A stretch of DNA of 64,000 nt from Candidatus Nanohaloarchaea archaeon (GTDB taxonomy: Archaea; Nanohalarchaeota; Nanosalinia; Nanosalinales; Nanosalinaceae). Numbering within the stretch: the first letter of the stretch is position 1; each line of letters opens with the position of its first letter. This document shows positions 48,206 through 58,953 of this stretch, piece after piece. Position numbers and translations under genes: made by a program. Location of the stretch: contig CP046106.1 of NCBI GenBank assembly GCA_013343275.1, positions 736,001 to 800,000 of the forward strand, in the 5' to 3' direction. The notes under the pieces were generated by a model. The model was not told the DNA's origin. It did no database searches and saw nothing but the letters and a program-made list of their open reading frames with translations.

Positions 48206-51200
48206 ATGAGCAGTATCAGAAAGTTAAGTATTTTTCTTATTCTTCTGCTTGTTTCTTCATCTCTTGCTTCATCGGCTTTAATTGATAGGGATTCTTGGGA
48301 GTGTACTAATGAGGGCTGGAGCTTCTCTGAGAACACTGGAGACTCTGGAGACTGGGGCTGGAACTCTTGTTCCACTAACTATGTGACCTACGGTAGCTAC
48401 TCTGCTAGAATGGGGTCGATGGTAGGAAGCGGTAGTACTTATGGAGATAGCGTGGCTTCGGGGACATGGGGCCAGATATACAAGACTTTCGACCTCACAA
48501 ATGTTAACCAGATTACTTTCGATATCAGGACTCGATGGAACAGCAGAGCGACTGTAGATGTTATAGTAGGAGGTAACACTCTTTGGAGTAAAGGCGGATG
48601 CGGATATACTTGTACCTATACAGACCAAACTATAGATGTTTCAGGATATTCTGGCAATACACAAATTAAGATAAGACAAACTTCTACTACGTCCAACTAT
48701 GATTACTGGTATGCTGTGGATAACTGGAGAGTACAAGGTAATACTAACTCAGCCCCTTATGCTCCTTCCAGCCCTAACCCAAATAATGGTGCCTCGGATG
48801 TCTCCACTTCTCCCTCCATCTCCGCTTACTATAATGACCCGGATGGAGACTCAGGTACTCTTTACTACTATACTGGGGGAGGCAGTTTTATTGATTCGTG
48901 CGGAGTTTCAGACGGATCTCGCTGTAGTGTAACATATAGTGGAGCAAGTAGTTCTGGTACTACTTATGACTGGTATGCTGTAGCTGATGATGGTTCAGCC
49001 AGTACATCATCTAGCACTTGGAGCTTCACGACCAACTATGCGCCTAGCGCGCCATCGAACCCTTCTCCTAACAACGGGCAGGATACGGTTTCTACTAGCC
49101 CTACTCTTAGTGTAGATGTTAGTGATCCAGATGGAGATAGTATGGATGTAAGGTTCTATGACGGTAATGGGGACTTGATTGGTACTGATACAAGCGTAGG
49201 TAGCGGGTATACTGCATCTGTTACTTGGAGCGGTCTTAGTACGGGTACTACTTATGACTGGTATGCTGTGGCTGATGATGGTCCAGAAACTACTTCATCT
49301 AGTACTTGGAGTTTTACTACAGTCCATAAGCCAAATCAACCGTTTAATCCAGCGCCGTTTGATGGGGAGAATGATGTTTCAACGTCTCATAATCTTTATG
49401 TTGATGTTAGTCATCCTGATGGCCTGAGTATGGATGTAGATTTCTATATAGATGATGGTGGTGGTTTCACATATGTTGGAACAGATACAGGTGTTTCTGA
49501 CGGTGGTAGGGCTTCGATTAACCCTTCGTTAAGTACGGGAGGTGGTTATAATTGGTATGCTGTTGCGAAAGCTCAGGGTCATTCGCGCCAAAGCCCTACA
49601 TGGGGTTTCTCCACAAATGATATTCCTTCAGTAGATAGTGTCTCAAAGACAGATTCATCAAATAACCATGCTTTTAGCAGTGTTACAGCTATGGTCAGAG
49701 ACTCTGATGGACAGGGGGATATCTCTTCTGCAACTTTAACTGTTGATGATGCTGATGGTAATACACAGAGCTATTCAGGAACTATTGATACTTCTGCAGG
49801 AGGATCTAATGAGGCGCGAGTGAGCTTCGGATCTGTTAGCTACTCTGATAATGCTGGGTGGGGAGGAAATGAACAGGTACAGCTAGATGTACAGGTAACA
49901 GATACTCATAGTAGAACGGCAACAGGTTCATCCTTAGCTCGATTCCCTAACCATGCACCTACTATTTCATCTGGCTACAGTTATAGTGATGATGCCCAGA
50001 ACCATGCTTTTACTTTGAGTATTGATGCGCAGGATGTGGATGCAGGAGGTAGCGAAATCACAAGTTGCACTGTATCTCATAATGATGGTGACGGTAATTC
50101 GTACACGAGTAGTGGAAGTCTTGTACAGGCCGAAACTGCCACATGCAGCTTCACCATTTCAGCCAGTTCCTTCACAGGCTATACCAAAGGAGAAGTCATT
50201 AATCATCAGGTAACTTTCACTGATAGGCACGGCGCAACAGTAATCTCGTCTTCAGGACAGCATAGAATCCCTAACAGCGCTCCTACAGCTACTAATCTCC
50301 AGCCTTCTGGTAGTGAAGTGCAGTATGGCCCTACTTTGAATGCTACCTATAATGATGCTGATGGAGATGTAGGTAATCTGACGTTCTACAATACTAGCAG
50401 TGGCAATGTTATTGGCAAGGTTACAGGTCTCTCTCCGGGACAGCAGGGTAGTATGCAGTGGAGTAGTGCAGATACTCCTGGTACAACTTACAACTTCACT
50501 GTAAAAGCGTTCGATGGGGTAAATGCCACGAATACTACTGAGAACTTCACAACTATCTATGAACCGAAGGAGCCTTATGATCCGTGGCCGACGAACCAGT
50601 CGACGGTAGATACTACGACTAGAACGGATGATGAGATAGCTGCAAGTGTTAAGGTTGTACATCCTGATGGACGTGATATGCATGTTCAGTTTGTGAATGC
50701 GTCTAATGATCAGATTATGGAAATTGATTATGGTGTTGCATCAGGTACTAGGGCCAAGATCACCAACATCGGTAACAAGCTACGTGACAAGACAAACACT
50801 ACCTACAACTGGTATGCTGTATCAAAAGATACGGGAACTGGTGAAAAGACTCGTAGCAGCCTCTTCACGTTTGATACTGTCGAAGTCGGTGATGTTATGT
50901 TTGATGTGATGCAGGGCCGTAATGAGAACATGGATATTACCGGTAACTCTGACAATGGTTACCGGAAGATCAAGTTCGAGATCACTTCAACACAGATGGA
51001 TCCTATTCCAAAAGTTACAGTCAATGAGACCTCTACAGGTGATCTGATTAAGTCGTGGACGGATGTTGCTAACAACTCTGTCTTGACTGTTGACCTGGTG
51101 CAGGATGGGGGCCAGGAATGGAACCTGAATACTGACAGTCAGTATCAGTGGTTTGTTGAGGCTAGTGAGGGGCCTAACATCCTTGGTCAGAGCTTGAATT

Positions 51201-51487
51201 ATACGATATACACCTATAACGTAACTCTTGACTGGGATCGTGCGGAGAAGTACTACAATGTCTACCAATACGATATTTACCGCGCTCAGGACACTGGTGG
51301 CAATCTGGTATTCAACTACGGCAGTGGAGATTATGATGTGGTTGGTTCTCTTCCGGAGACCAGCTTCAATGACTCGGGTCCTGGATTGAGTACTGGTACT
51401 TTCTGCTGGAAGGTAGCAGCCTCCAATCCGACAGGTAGTAGCCCGGCAATACCTTCAGGAGAAGGCAACTGTAAGACACTCAACTAA
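48206..51487 (+). CDS. Secreted adhesin B1: jelly-roll/CBM-like tip, Ig/FN3-like stalk, conserved C-terminal FN3-like domain
   Basis: Signal peptide; repeats NxAPxAPxNP...YDWYAVADDG...WSFTT; C-terminus TFCWKVAASNPTGSSPAIPSGEGNCKTLN. Confidence 0.85.
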   Translation: MSSIRKLSIFLILLLVSSSLASSALIDRDSWECTNEGWSFSENTGDSGDWGWNSCSTNYVTYGSYSARMGSMVGSGSTYGDSVASGTWGQIYKTFDLTNVNQITFDIRTRWNSRATVDVIVGGNTLWSKGGCGYTCTYTDQTIDVSGYSGNTQIKIRQTSTTSNYDYWYAVDNWRVQGNTNSAPYAPSSPNPNNGASDVSTSPSISAYYNDPDGDSGTLYYYTGGGSFIDSCGVSDGSRCSVTYSGASSSGTTYDWYAVADDGSASTSSSTWSFTTNYAPSAPSNPSPNNGQDTVSTSPTLSVDVSDPDGDSMDVRFYDGNGDLIGTDTSVGSGYTASVTWSGLSTGTTYDWYAVADDGPETTSSSTWSFTTVHKPNQPFNPAPFDGENDVSTSHNLYVDVSHPDGLSMDVDFYIDDGGGFTYVGTDTGVSDGGRASINPSLSTGGGYNWYAVAKAQGHSRQSPTWGFSTNDIPSVDSVSKTDSSNNHAFSSVTAMVRDSDGQGDISSATLTVDDADGNTQSYSGTIDTSAGGSNEARVSFGSVSYSDNAGWGGNEQVQLDVQVTDTHSRTATGSSLARFPNHAPTISSGYSYSDDAQNHAFTLSIDAQDVDAGGSEITSCTVSHNDGDGNSYTSSGSLVQAETATCSFTISASSFTGYTKGEVINHQVTFTDRHGATVISSSGQHRIPNSAPTATNLQPSGSEVQYGPTLNATYNDADGDVGNLTFYNTSSGNVIGKVTGLSPGQQGSMQWSSADTPGTTYNFTVKAFDGVNATNTTENFTTIYEPKEPYDPWPTNQSTVDTTTRTDDEIAASVKVVHPDGRDMHVQFVNASNDQIMEIDYGVASGTRAKITNIGNKLRDKTNTTYNWYAVSKDTGTGEKTRSSLFTFDTVEVGDVMFDVMQGRNENMDITGNSDNGYRKIKFEITSTQMDPIPKVTVNETSTGDLIKSWTDVANNSVLTVDLVQDGGQEWNLNTDSQYQWFVEASEGPNILGQSLNYTIYTYNVTLDWDRAEKYYNVYQYDIYRAQDTGGNLVFNYGSGDYDVVGSLPETSFNDSGPGLSTGTFCWKVAASNPTGSSPAIPSGEGNCKTLN

Positions 51488-51586
51488 CTACGCAAACCTC
51501 TCTATTTCTTTGTCCTTATACATGCTGATACCTTGATATTTTGGCCCTAGAAGCCTTATAACTGGATAATTCTCATTCAAAGATAA

Positions 51587-54160
51587 ATGTCGAAAGGTTT
51601 AGTGCTCGGCGGATACCAGATCAGCAACGTACTGATAGCAATCCTTCTAGTGGCCTCAACAACAGGCGCAGGAGTAGCCACCGACTCCTTCTCAGGTATA
51701 ACTGATTCAATGTCCAACATTCTACCATCAAACTCTGTAAGCCCTGATAACAAGACAGATCGGAACAGTACTGGCAATCAAGGAGATACAGGAGGCCAGG
51801 ATTCTGATCAAAACGATCAAGGTTCGGAGGATGGTTCTGGTGATGGTTCCTCAGATAGCTCGGATTCTGATTCTGAAGGATTTCTGGACGATATACTAGG
51901 TGGCGATGAAAAGCAGAAAGATCAGAACTCTGACGGCCAAACTGACAATACAACTGAAAAAAATACAGATACTTCAGATAATGAAACTCAGACTCCTGAT
52001 ACAGGCAATACGACAAATACTACAACTGCGAGTATAGCTTCTATCTCGGACCCTCAACCTGCCCAGTACTTCCCTGCCTACGAGACATCCTCTGTACCTC
52101 TATACGTAGAGTTCTCCGGAGAAGACGCAAACTTTGAGATTTGGCTGGACGGCCAGTCCTATCTTACAGGACAGATCTCAGGTACTAAAACAGTAAATAG
52201 GACGCTAGACCTCTCTACAACAGGCAGTCATGAACTGAAGATAGAGGTCAGACAATCAGGAGAAGTAGTCGATTCTCTTACCAGAACATTCGAAATAGCA
52301 GACTCAGCAATACAGGAAACAGGCTTCGAGAAAACAACCACTGTAAGGACAGGAGCAGAAGCAACCTTCAGACTTCTCTACAATGGAGAACCGGTCTCTG
52401 GAGCAGCAGTATCGATGGGGGGAACACAGGTAGGCCAGACGAATCAGGACGGAGAGATAACAGTCCAGGTACCTTACCAGGACACAATTACATTATCGAC
52501 GGACTACCAGGAGATAGGATCTCAAACATTTAACGTAACGCAAGACATACCGGAACCGACAGTAACCCTTGTAAACCCGGTTGACTCGGAAACATTCGAT
52601 ACTCCAACCAGCCAGCAAAAAGACGTACAGTTCAACGCAACAGTCGATATAGCAGAAGACTCCGGTACAGCATCCCTGATGATCGATGGCTCCGAAGTCT
52701 ACTCGCAACAGCTTTCACAGGGAGAAAATACAATTACTACGACACAGAGCCTAGCAGGAGGAACTCACAACTGGAAGATAGAAGTCGACACGCCGGAATA
52801 CAATGTTTCATCCTCCAGTAGAAGCCTGACAGTCAACGAGGTACAGGTGCAGGACGGTATCTCCCTACAGAACACGCCGCCAACAGTTGGGAACGTCAAC
52901 TACGTAAGGCTCTACAACAACGGAGAACCGGTGACAAACCACGACATAACCATCAACGGCCAGACCTACACAACAAACTCTCAGGGAGAAGCACAGTTTA
53001 CAGTACCGAACGCACAGGAACTAACAATCTCTTCCAGTTCTCCCGATTACCAGAAAACATACACTATAGAAGGATACAACCCAGAGATCAGCATGAGCTT
53101 CTCCTTCTCCAAAACCCTGTACCAGGGCCGACAGAATACCTTGACAGTGACCAGCGACGGAAGCGCAGTTAGCGGTGCAACAATCTACGCCAACGGAAAG
53201 CAAAAAGGCCAGACGGACTCCTCTGGCCAGTTAACATTCACGATACCGGAAGAAGACTCTGTCACAATTAAAGCAGTGAAAGATAATTCCGAGAAAAACA
53301 AGACATACACCGCCCAGATTCCACCGATCGATATTACCTGGTTCGGCCCTGACGACGGTGCCAGTATCAATGATTACAAGACAACCTTCGACTTCTCACT
53401 CGGTCTTCAGAGTTCAGCTACCGCCACCCTGACAGTCGGAGGCCAGCAAAGGCTGCAGAAAAGCCTGAGCTCGGGGACTCACAGCATCACCAAAGAAATC
53501 AAGTTCGAAAACTCGGGAACAAGAGACTACACCCTAGAAGTACAGACAGACGGTAATAGAAGGACGAAGACCGGTAGCTTTACAACTGAGCAGGATATGC
53601 CGCCGATACAGATCAGCATCAGCAACCCATCCAGCGGAGAAACCATCAACGACTACAAAACTACGATTCAGTACGGATTTGACTCTCCAGAAGACTTTAA
53701 CTATACTCTTTCAGTAGATGGACGCCATTTAGATAGTTTAAGTCTTCTATCGGGACAGACCTCTAGGCAAGCGGTAGCTAACTGTTTAACTCAGGGGCAG
53801 CATACTTTAGAGATTGTAGCAAAGGGAGAAAAAACAGGGAAGACTACTAAGACCATACAGTTTACTTCGAGCGTAGCACAGCCTTTGGCTGATATACAAA
53901 TTGATTCGCCTAAGTCATCAGAAACCGTTCAGAATCCTGTCGGCTTTTATTATAAGATTACTGCGTGCCAGGATATAAGCTACGATGTCTCTACTGAAGG
54001 CCAAAATCTTGATTCCGGAAGTCTCAGCGCCTATTCTATAGCACTTTCTCCTCCAGGACTTGAAAAAGATTATTCCTCCTTAGGTAAGCATAATTGGACG
54101 ATTTCAGTAAGTAATGGTTCTCAAACTTTGAAGAAAGAAATAATGTTTAGTGTGGAATAA
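51587..54160 (+). CDS. Membrane-anchored surface protein, type A2 (paralog of 46094-48199)
   Basis: Shared N-terminus GGYQISN..TDSFSGITDSMSNILP and shared C-terminal modules (FTT.QDMPPI, ANCL). Confidence 0.85.
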   Translation: MSKGLVLGGYQISNVLIAILLVASTTGAGVATDSFSGITDSMSNILPSNSVSPDNKTDRNSTGNQGDTGGQDSDQNDQGSEDGSGDGSSDSSDSDSEGFLDDILGGDEKQKDQNSDGQTDNTTEKNTDTSDNETQTPDTGNTTNTTTASIASISDPQPAQYFPAYETSSVPLYVEFSGEDANFEIWLDGQSYLTGQISGTKTVNRTLDLSTTGSHELKIEVRQSGEVVDSLTRTFEIADSAIQETGFEKTTTVRTGAEATFRLLYNGEPVSGAAVSMGGTQVGQTNQDGEITVQVPYQDTITLSTDYQEIGSQTFNVTQDIPEPTVTLVNPVDSETFDTPTSQQKDVQFNATVDIAEDSGTASLMIDGSEVYSQQLSQGENTITTTQSLAGGTHNWKIEVDTPEYNVSSSSRSLTVNEVQVQDGISLQNTPPTVGNVNYVRLYNNGEPVTNHDITINGQTYTTNSQGEAQFTVPNAQELTISSSSPDYQKTYTIEGYNPEISMSFSFSKTLYQGRQNTLTVTSDGSAVSGATIYANGKQKGQTDSSGQLTFTIPEEDSVTIKAVKDNSEKNKTYTAQIPPIDITWFGPDDGASINDYKTTFDFSLGLQSSATATLTVGGQQRLQKSLSSGTHSITKEIKFENSGTRDYTLEVQTDGNRRTKTGSFTTEQDMPPIQISISNPSSGETINDYKTTIQYGFDSPEDFNYTLSVDGRHLDSLSLLSGQTSRQAVANCLTQGQHTLEIVAKGEKTGKTTKTIQFTSSVAQPLADIQIDSPKSSETVQNPVGFYYKITACQDISYDVSTEGQNLDSGSLSAYSIALSPPGLEKDYSSLGKHNWTISVSNGSQTLKKEIMFSVE

Positions 54161-57100
54161 TGAGAAAGTATCTTGCTTTGCTCGGTACTCTAGTATTTCT
54201 TCTGCTGAGTATTCCTGCCGCTACTGCTTCTACCGTCACCTGGTCTGATAGTAGCGACTGGAATAACGCTGTTTCAGATTTTGGTGTCGTTCATGAGTCT
54301 GTCACAAATACTGACCACAACGATGCAGGAAAGCTTCAGAAAGGGTATCCGATTCAGAATCCGGTCGTGAGTTATGGCCTCGTTGGATACTGGCCTCTAC
54401 AAGAGGATAGCGGCGATACGGCCTATGATTTTAGCGGATATAACGATGCATCGGCTAGTGCTCCGACTCAAGGCAGTAGCGGTATTTTAGGATCTTCAAG
54501 TTACTACTTTAATACTGAGAGTGCTGACGCATCTACGATAGACCTGGAGTACTATAGCTTTAACGCCTGGATTAATGATGAAGGAAGTACCTATTACGCA
54601 CGAGCGATGAGTAATGGGCGCGATGGTACTGATCCGAGCGCTACCTATGCAATGGGTTCAAGAAACGGATGGCCGACTGCTGTAATGAGGAAGAATGGTA
54701 ATACTTATACTATTGGCTCGGGTCTAAATCCATCAGATTGGACTATGGTGACTGTTACGTATGATGGCGACACGTTAAAAGTTTATACTGATGGTTCTTT
54801 AACCGGATCCAGTACAGCTCCCTCTGGCCCTATAGGCGATGTTACAGGCCCCTTCAACCTTGGATCGACTGAAAGGTATCCTGGAAATGAAGGTATAACA
54901 GGTTATTTACAAGAGGCAAGTTTGTACAACAGGGCACTTTCTGCCTCCGAGATCCAATCTCTATACGAAGTAGCGGCTACACCAGGAACACTCACCACAG
55001 GATGGAAAACATTCTCATCCAACAGAGACATGAACTCTTTACAATTAGAAAATGTGCAGGCCTCTTTGAATGGCGGTAGTATCACTGTTTATGTGGAGAC
55101 TCAGAATGGCGAGGTCAGCGATCCGATTAGTCTGGATGGTAGTGGTGGTCCTTATAGTGTGACGGGGTTGTCGACTGAGGAGGATCAGTTCCGTTTGGAT
55201 ATCAGGTTGGATAATAGTGATGTGACGAGTACGCCTACTTTGTCGGCGATTGATTTGACGGGTAATAAGGCTAATTCTCCTCCTGCTGCTCCTTCGAATG
55301 AGGATCCTGCTGACAATGCTGATCCTGTATCTTTGAGTCCTTCTTTGAGCGTATTTGTCGACGATCCGGATGGCGATAGTATGGATGTTACTTTCTATGT
55401 TGATACGAATAATGATGGGAGTTATGAGACTACGAAGACTAATACAGGTGTTGCGAGTGGCAGTACTACTTCTGTAAGTCTTTCTTCTCTGGCCACTAGC
55501 CAGACAGTTAACTGGTATGTGGTGGCTGATGACGGTAGAGCTACTACTCAGTCAAGTACTTGGAGTTTCACGACTGTAGGTGTTCCAAGTATTACTTCAG
55601 CGCCTTCTCCGAGTGATGGCGCGGTAGATGTTTCCACCTCTAAGAATCTGGCTATTGATGTTTCTCATCCTGATAATCTAGATATGACTGTTGAGTTCTC
55701 TATGGATGGTTCGTATGTAGGCAGTGATACTGTTGCAGGTAGCGGTACTGCTTCTTACAGTCCTTCCCTGGGTTACAGTGAGGATCATTCCTGGAGTGTC
55801 GATGTCTATACGCAGGGTTACTCCACTCAGACGAGCGGAGGCGCCTGGAACTTCCATACCGTGCATGATGTAAGCGCTTCTCTTTCCGGGCCTTCCAAAA
55901 GCCCTGCCAGTATTGATCCTACGTTGAGTGCGACAGTCAGCCACAGTGATTCTGCTGAGACTGTTACTGTGGATTTCGTTAACACAGATAATGGCAACAC
56001 TATTTGCAGTGTTTCCGGTATAGGGAATGCTGAGACTGCTACCTGTGATACTTCTGGAAGCAGTTTCGGTAGTAGCCCCGGTACGACTTATAACTGGGAG
56101 GTCCAGCTTTCGGGTGATGAGGGCTCTGAGTCGTGGACGAGCAGTCAGAGAAGCTTCACCACTATTTCAAATCCTAACGTGAACAGAGTTGAGCCTGGTT
56201 CGAACTCTGGTGTGTCTACAGACCAGAATCTGGTTGTTGATGTCAGTCATCCTGATGGGAAGAATATGAATGTCGAGTTCATGATCAGGAAAGCAGGGCA
56301 GACATCTTTCAGTACAGTAGATACCAAGACAGATGTTTCTGGCCAGGTTTCGGCCAATCCCTCTTTGAGTGACGGCACAAGTTACGAGTGGCGTGTTGAT
56401 GTAAGGACTGTGGGATACAGTACAGACACAATGAGTTCCATTTGGGGCTTTACCACTAACTATGTGCCTTCAGTCTCAGGCATTACCAAGTATGACGCGT
56501 CTGATGGCCACGCTTTCAGGAACGTTTCTGCTATAATCAGCGATCAGGACGGAGATGACACGATCGTTGATGCAAATCTTACAGTAGATAATGACGGTGG
56601 ACTGGAAACTTATGTTGAGTACGATGAAGTTAGTATTGACAGAAGTTATGGAGGAGACGATAATCAGGCCAACGTAACCTTTGGCAGAGTCAATGTTGGG
56701 GATAGTAACTGGGGCCTAACAGGTATAGATCTTCAGGTTGAAGGTATCGATCAGGAGGGTAACGTTGGGTCAAATACACTATCTAATGTCCAGTTCCCTA
56801 ACCATGCTCCGACAGTAGCCTCAGGTTACAGTTACAGCGATAGTCCGCAGGCCCACTCCTACACTTTGAGTATTGATGCCCAGGATGTGGATGATACTGA
56901 TGAAGAGATTGCTTCATGTACAGTCGACCATAACGACGGCGACGGAAACTCCTATACTGGCAAGGCCGGTAGCCTGGCTTCTGGTGAGACTGCTACCTGC
57001 AGCTTCACGATAGACAACAGTACCTCAGGTTACAGGTTCGGTGAGATGATCAACCACAGGGTAACTTTCAAGGATGCACACGGTAAGACTGTGACCTCAA

Positions 57101-58347
57101 CGTGGGCCTCGCACAGAATCCCTAACAGTCTGCCTTCAGCTACGAATTTGAGGCCTGCTAGTGATAATACTTCGTATGACGCGGATTTGAAGGCTACCTA
57201 CAATGATCCTGACGGAGATGTAGGGAACTTGACATTCTACAATACCACTAGCGGTGAAGAGTTGGGTGCTGTGGCTGACCTTGCGCCCGGAGAGCAGGGA
57301 ACTGTTGATTTGGTTGGAGAGTTAGCTCCTGGTACTACTTACAACTTCACTGTGGAGGCCTCGGATGGTGTTAATTCCACTAACAGTACTGAGAACTTCA
57401 CAACTATTTACAGGCCAGATGAGCCTTATGATCCGTTCCCTGAGAATGACACGGTTATAGATACTACTACCAGGAGCGGAGATGATATTGCAGCGAGTGT
57501 AAAGGTTGTACAGGATGATGGGCACACTATGAATGTACAGTTCATTAATGCAAGCGATGATAGCCCTCTAGGTACAGATTATGATGTGGAGTCGGGTACG
57601 CGTGCCAAGTTGACAAGTATTGGTAATACTTTGCGTGATGAGACGAATACTACGTATCGCTGGTATGCTGTAGCTACAGATCAGACGACTGGAGAATCAG
57701 TGAGAAGTGATACGTTCGTCTTCAGGACTCCCGAAGTAGGTGAGGTAAGGTTTGATGTGATGCAGGGGCGTAATGAGAACATGGATATTACTGGTAACTC
57801 TGATAATGGTTATCGGAAGATCAAGTTTGAGGTTACGTCCACGGAAATGGATCCAATCCCAACTGTGATCGTCAATGAGACCGGTACCGGGAATATGATC
57901 AAGTCGTGGAGCAATGTCGCCAACAACTCTGTCCTAACGATAGATTTAGTGCAGGATGGTTCTCAGGACTGGAATCTAGATACGGACGAAAAGTATGAAT
58001 GGACGGTGGAGGCTCGTGATGGCTCTAATATCTTAGGAAACCGTAGCTACGATATCTACACGTACAACGTGACTCTTGACTGGGACAGGGCTGAGAAATA
58101 CTACAATGTCTATCAGTATGATATTTACCGTGCTGAGCAGAGGTCTGGTGTGGATCTGACCTTTAACTATGGGAACGGAGATTACAATCTAGTCGGTTCT
58201 CTTCCAGAGACGAGTTTCAATGACTCGGGGCCGGGCATTGTTCCCGATCATACAGGTACTTTCTGTTGGAAGGTAGCTGCATCCAACCCTACGGGTAGCA
58301 GCCCGGCGATTCCTTCAGGAGAAGGCAACTGCAAAACACTGAACTAA
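54160..58347 (+). CDS. Secreted adhesin B2: LamG/ConA-like tip, Ig/FN3-like stalk, conserved C-terminal FN3-like domain
   Basis: GLVGYWPL, WTMVTVTYDG, LYNRALSASEI (LamG); C-terminal ~500 aa closely similar to B1. Confidence 0.88.
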   Translation: MRKYLALLGTLVFLLLSIPAATASTVTWSDSSDWNNAVSDFGVVHESVTNTDHNDAGKLQKGYPIQNPVVSYGLVGYWPLQEDSGDTAYDFSGYNDASASAPTQGSSGILGSSSYYFNTESADASTIDLEYYSFNAWINDEGSTYYARAMSNGRDGTDPSATYAMGSRNGWPTAVMRKNGNTYTIGSGLNPSDWTMVTVTYDGDTLKVYTDGSLTGSSTAPSGPIGDVTGPFNLGSTERYPGNEGITGYLQEASLYNRALSASEIQSLYEVAATPGTLTTGWKTFSSNRDMNSLQLENVQASLNGGSITVYVETQNGEVSDPISLDGSGGPYSVTGLSTEEDQFRLDIRLDNSDVTSTPTLSAIDLTGNKANSPPAAPSNEDPADNADPVSLSPSLSVFVDDPDGDSMDVTFYVDTNNDGSYETTKTNTGVASGSTTSVSLSSLATSQTVNWYVVADDGRATTQSSTWSFTTVGVPSITSAPSPSDGAVDVSTSKNLAIDVSHPDNLDMTVEFSMDGSYVGSDTVAGSGTASYSPSLGYSEDHSWSVDVYTQGYSTQTSGGAWNFHTVHDVSASLSGPSKSPASIDPTLSATVSHSDSAETVTVDFVNTDNGNTICSVSGIGNAETATCDTSGSSFGSSPGTTYNWEVQLSGDEGSESWTSSQRSFTTISNPNVNRVEPGSNSGVSTDQNLVVDVSHPDGKNMNVEFMIRKAGQTSFSTVDTKTDVSGQVSANPSLSDGTSYEWRVDVRTVGYSTDTMSSIWGFTTNYVPSVSGITKYDASDGHAFRNVSAIISDQDGDDTIVDANLTVDNDGGLETYVEYDEVSIDRSYGGDDNQANVTFGRVNVGDSNWGLTGIDLQVEGIDQEGNVGSNTLSNVQFPNHAPTVASGYSYSDSPQAHSYTLSIDAQDVDDTDEEIASCTVDHNDGDGNSYTGKAGSLASGETATCSFTIDNSTSGYRFGEMINHRVTFKDAHGKTVTSTWASHRIPNSLPSATNLRPASDNTSYDADLKATYNDPDGDVGNLTFYNTTSGEELGAVADLAPGEQGTVDLVGELAPGTTYNFTVEASDGVNSTNSTENFTTIYRPDEPYDPFPENDTVIDTTTRSGDDIAASVKVVQDDGHTMNVQFINASDDSPLGTDYDVESGTRAKLTSIGNTLRDETNTTYRWYAVATDQTTGESVRSDTFVFRTPEVGEVRFDVMQGRNENMDITGNSDNGYRKIKFEVTSTEMDPIPTVIVNETGTGNMIKSWSNVANNSVLTIDLVQDGSQDWNLDTDEKYEWTVEARDGSNILGNRSYDIYTYNVTLDWDRAEKYYNVYQYDIYRAEQRSGVDLTFNYGNGDYNLVGSLPETSFNDSGPGIVPDHTGTFCWKVAASNPTGSSPAIPSGEGNCKTLN

Positions 58348-58388
58348 TGGAAACTGTAAAAAACTAGAGTGAGATAAGTGTTGTTATA

Positions 58389-58952
58389 ATGGATTTGAGC
58401 GATATTAATCCGAGTTTCAAGCAGATTGCTGCAGCGATGGCAGTAGTTTTCTTGCTGATTACAGGCCTTAATACTATGCTTGCGCCTGATGGAGGTTATG
58501 CCGGCGATTTAGCCGATACTATTTCCAACAACGATAATTCTAACAACGGGGATGCACAGAACCAGTCTCAGGATCAGACAGATCCTTACTATGAGAAGGC
58601 CACTGATGATTCTACCAGTTCCGACAGCGGCAACAGTGATGGTTCCGGGTCTCTGAATGAGACTGAGAAGACGAAGATCGAGAACAACTTTGAAGGTTAT
58701 GTAAATGCCAGCAACCGTGATAACGGCATCTATCTTGATAGGAAGGCTGTTGCCGGAGAATGGAACAATATTCAGGTGATGTACAATGGTAATCCTGTTG
58801 AAGGTGCCGAAGTGCTGGTGAACGGCCAGAGTATAGGTGCTACTGGAGAATATGGTGGCGTCTACTTCAAGGTTCCACAGGCCGATCGTATAACTGTGAG
58901 GACGACTACTGAAAACCTTGGAACTGTTGAGAATACTTACAAGGTGTACTGA
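58389..58952 (+). CDS. Short membrane-anchored type A3 protein (one Ig-like module)
   Basis: TM helix, linker, NGNPVEGAEVLVNGQSIGATGEYGGVYFKVP, the same module as in A1/A2. Confidence 0.8.
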   Translation: MDLSDINPSFKQIAAAMAVVFLLITGLNTMLAPDGGYAGDLADTISNNDNSNNGDAQNQSQDQTDPYYEKATDDSTSSDSGNSDGSGSLNETEKTKIENNFEGYVNASNRDNGIYLDRKAVAGEWNNIQVMYNGNPVEGAEVLVNGQSIGATGEYGGVYFKVPQADRITVRTTTENLGTVENTYKVY

Positions 58953-58953
58953 T

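Noticed and set aside
48700-49330. Direct DNA repeats (GGTACTACTTATGACTGGTATGCTGT) as CRISPR or att sites
   Set aside because: They encode tandem protein domains; no regular repeat-spacer array or cas genes are seen anywhere in the window.
49940-58347. Duplicated adhesin C-termini as a DGR template/variable repeat pair
   Set aside because: No reverse transcriptase in the window, both copies are coding, and differences involve all bases, largely synonymous, not adenine-specific.
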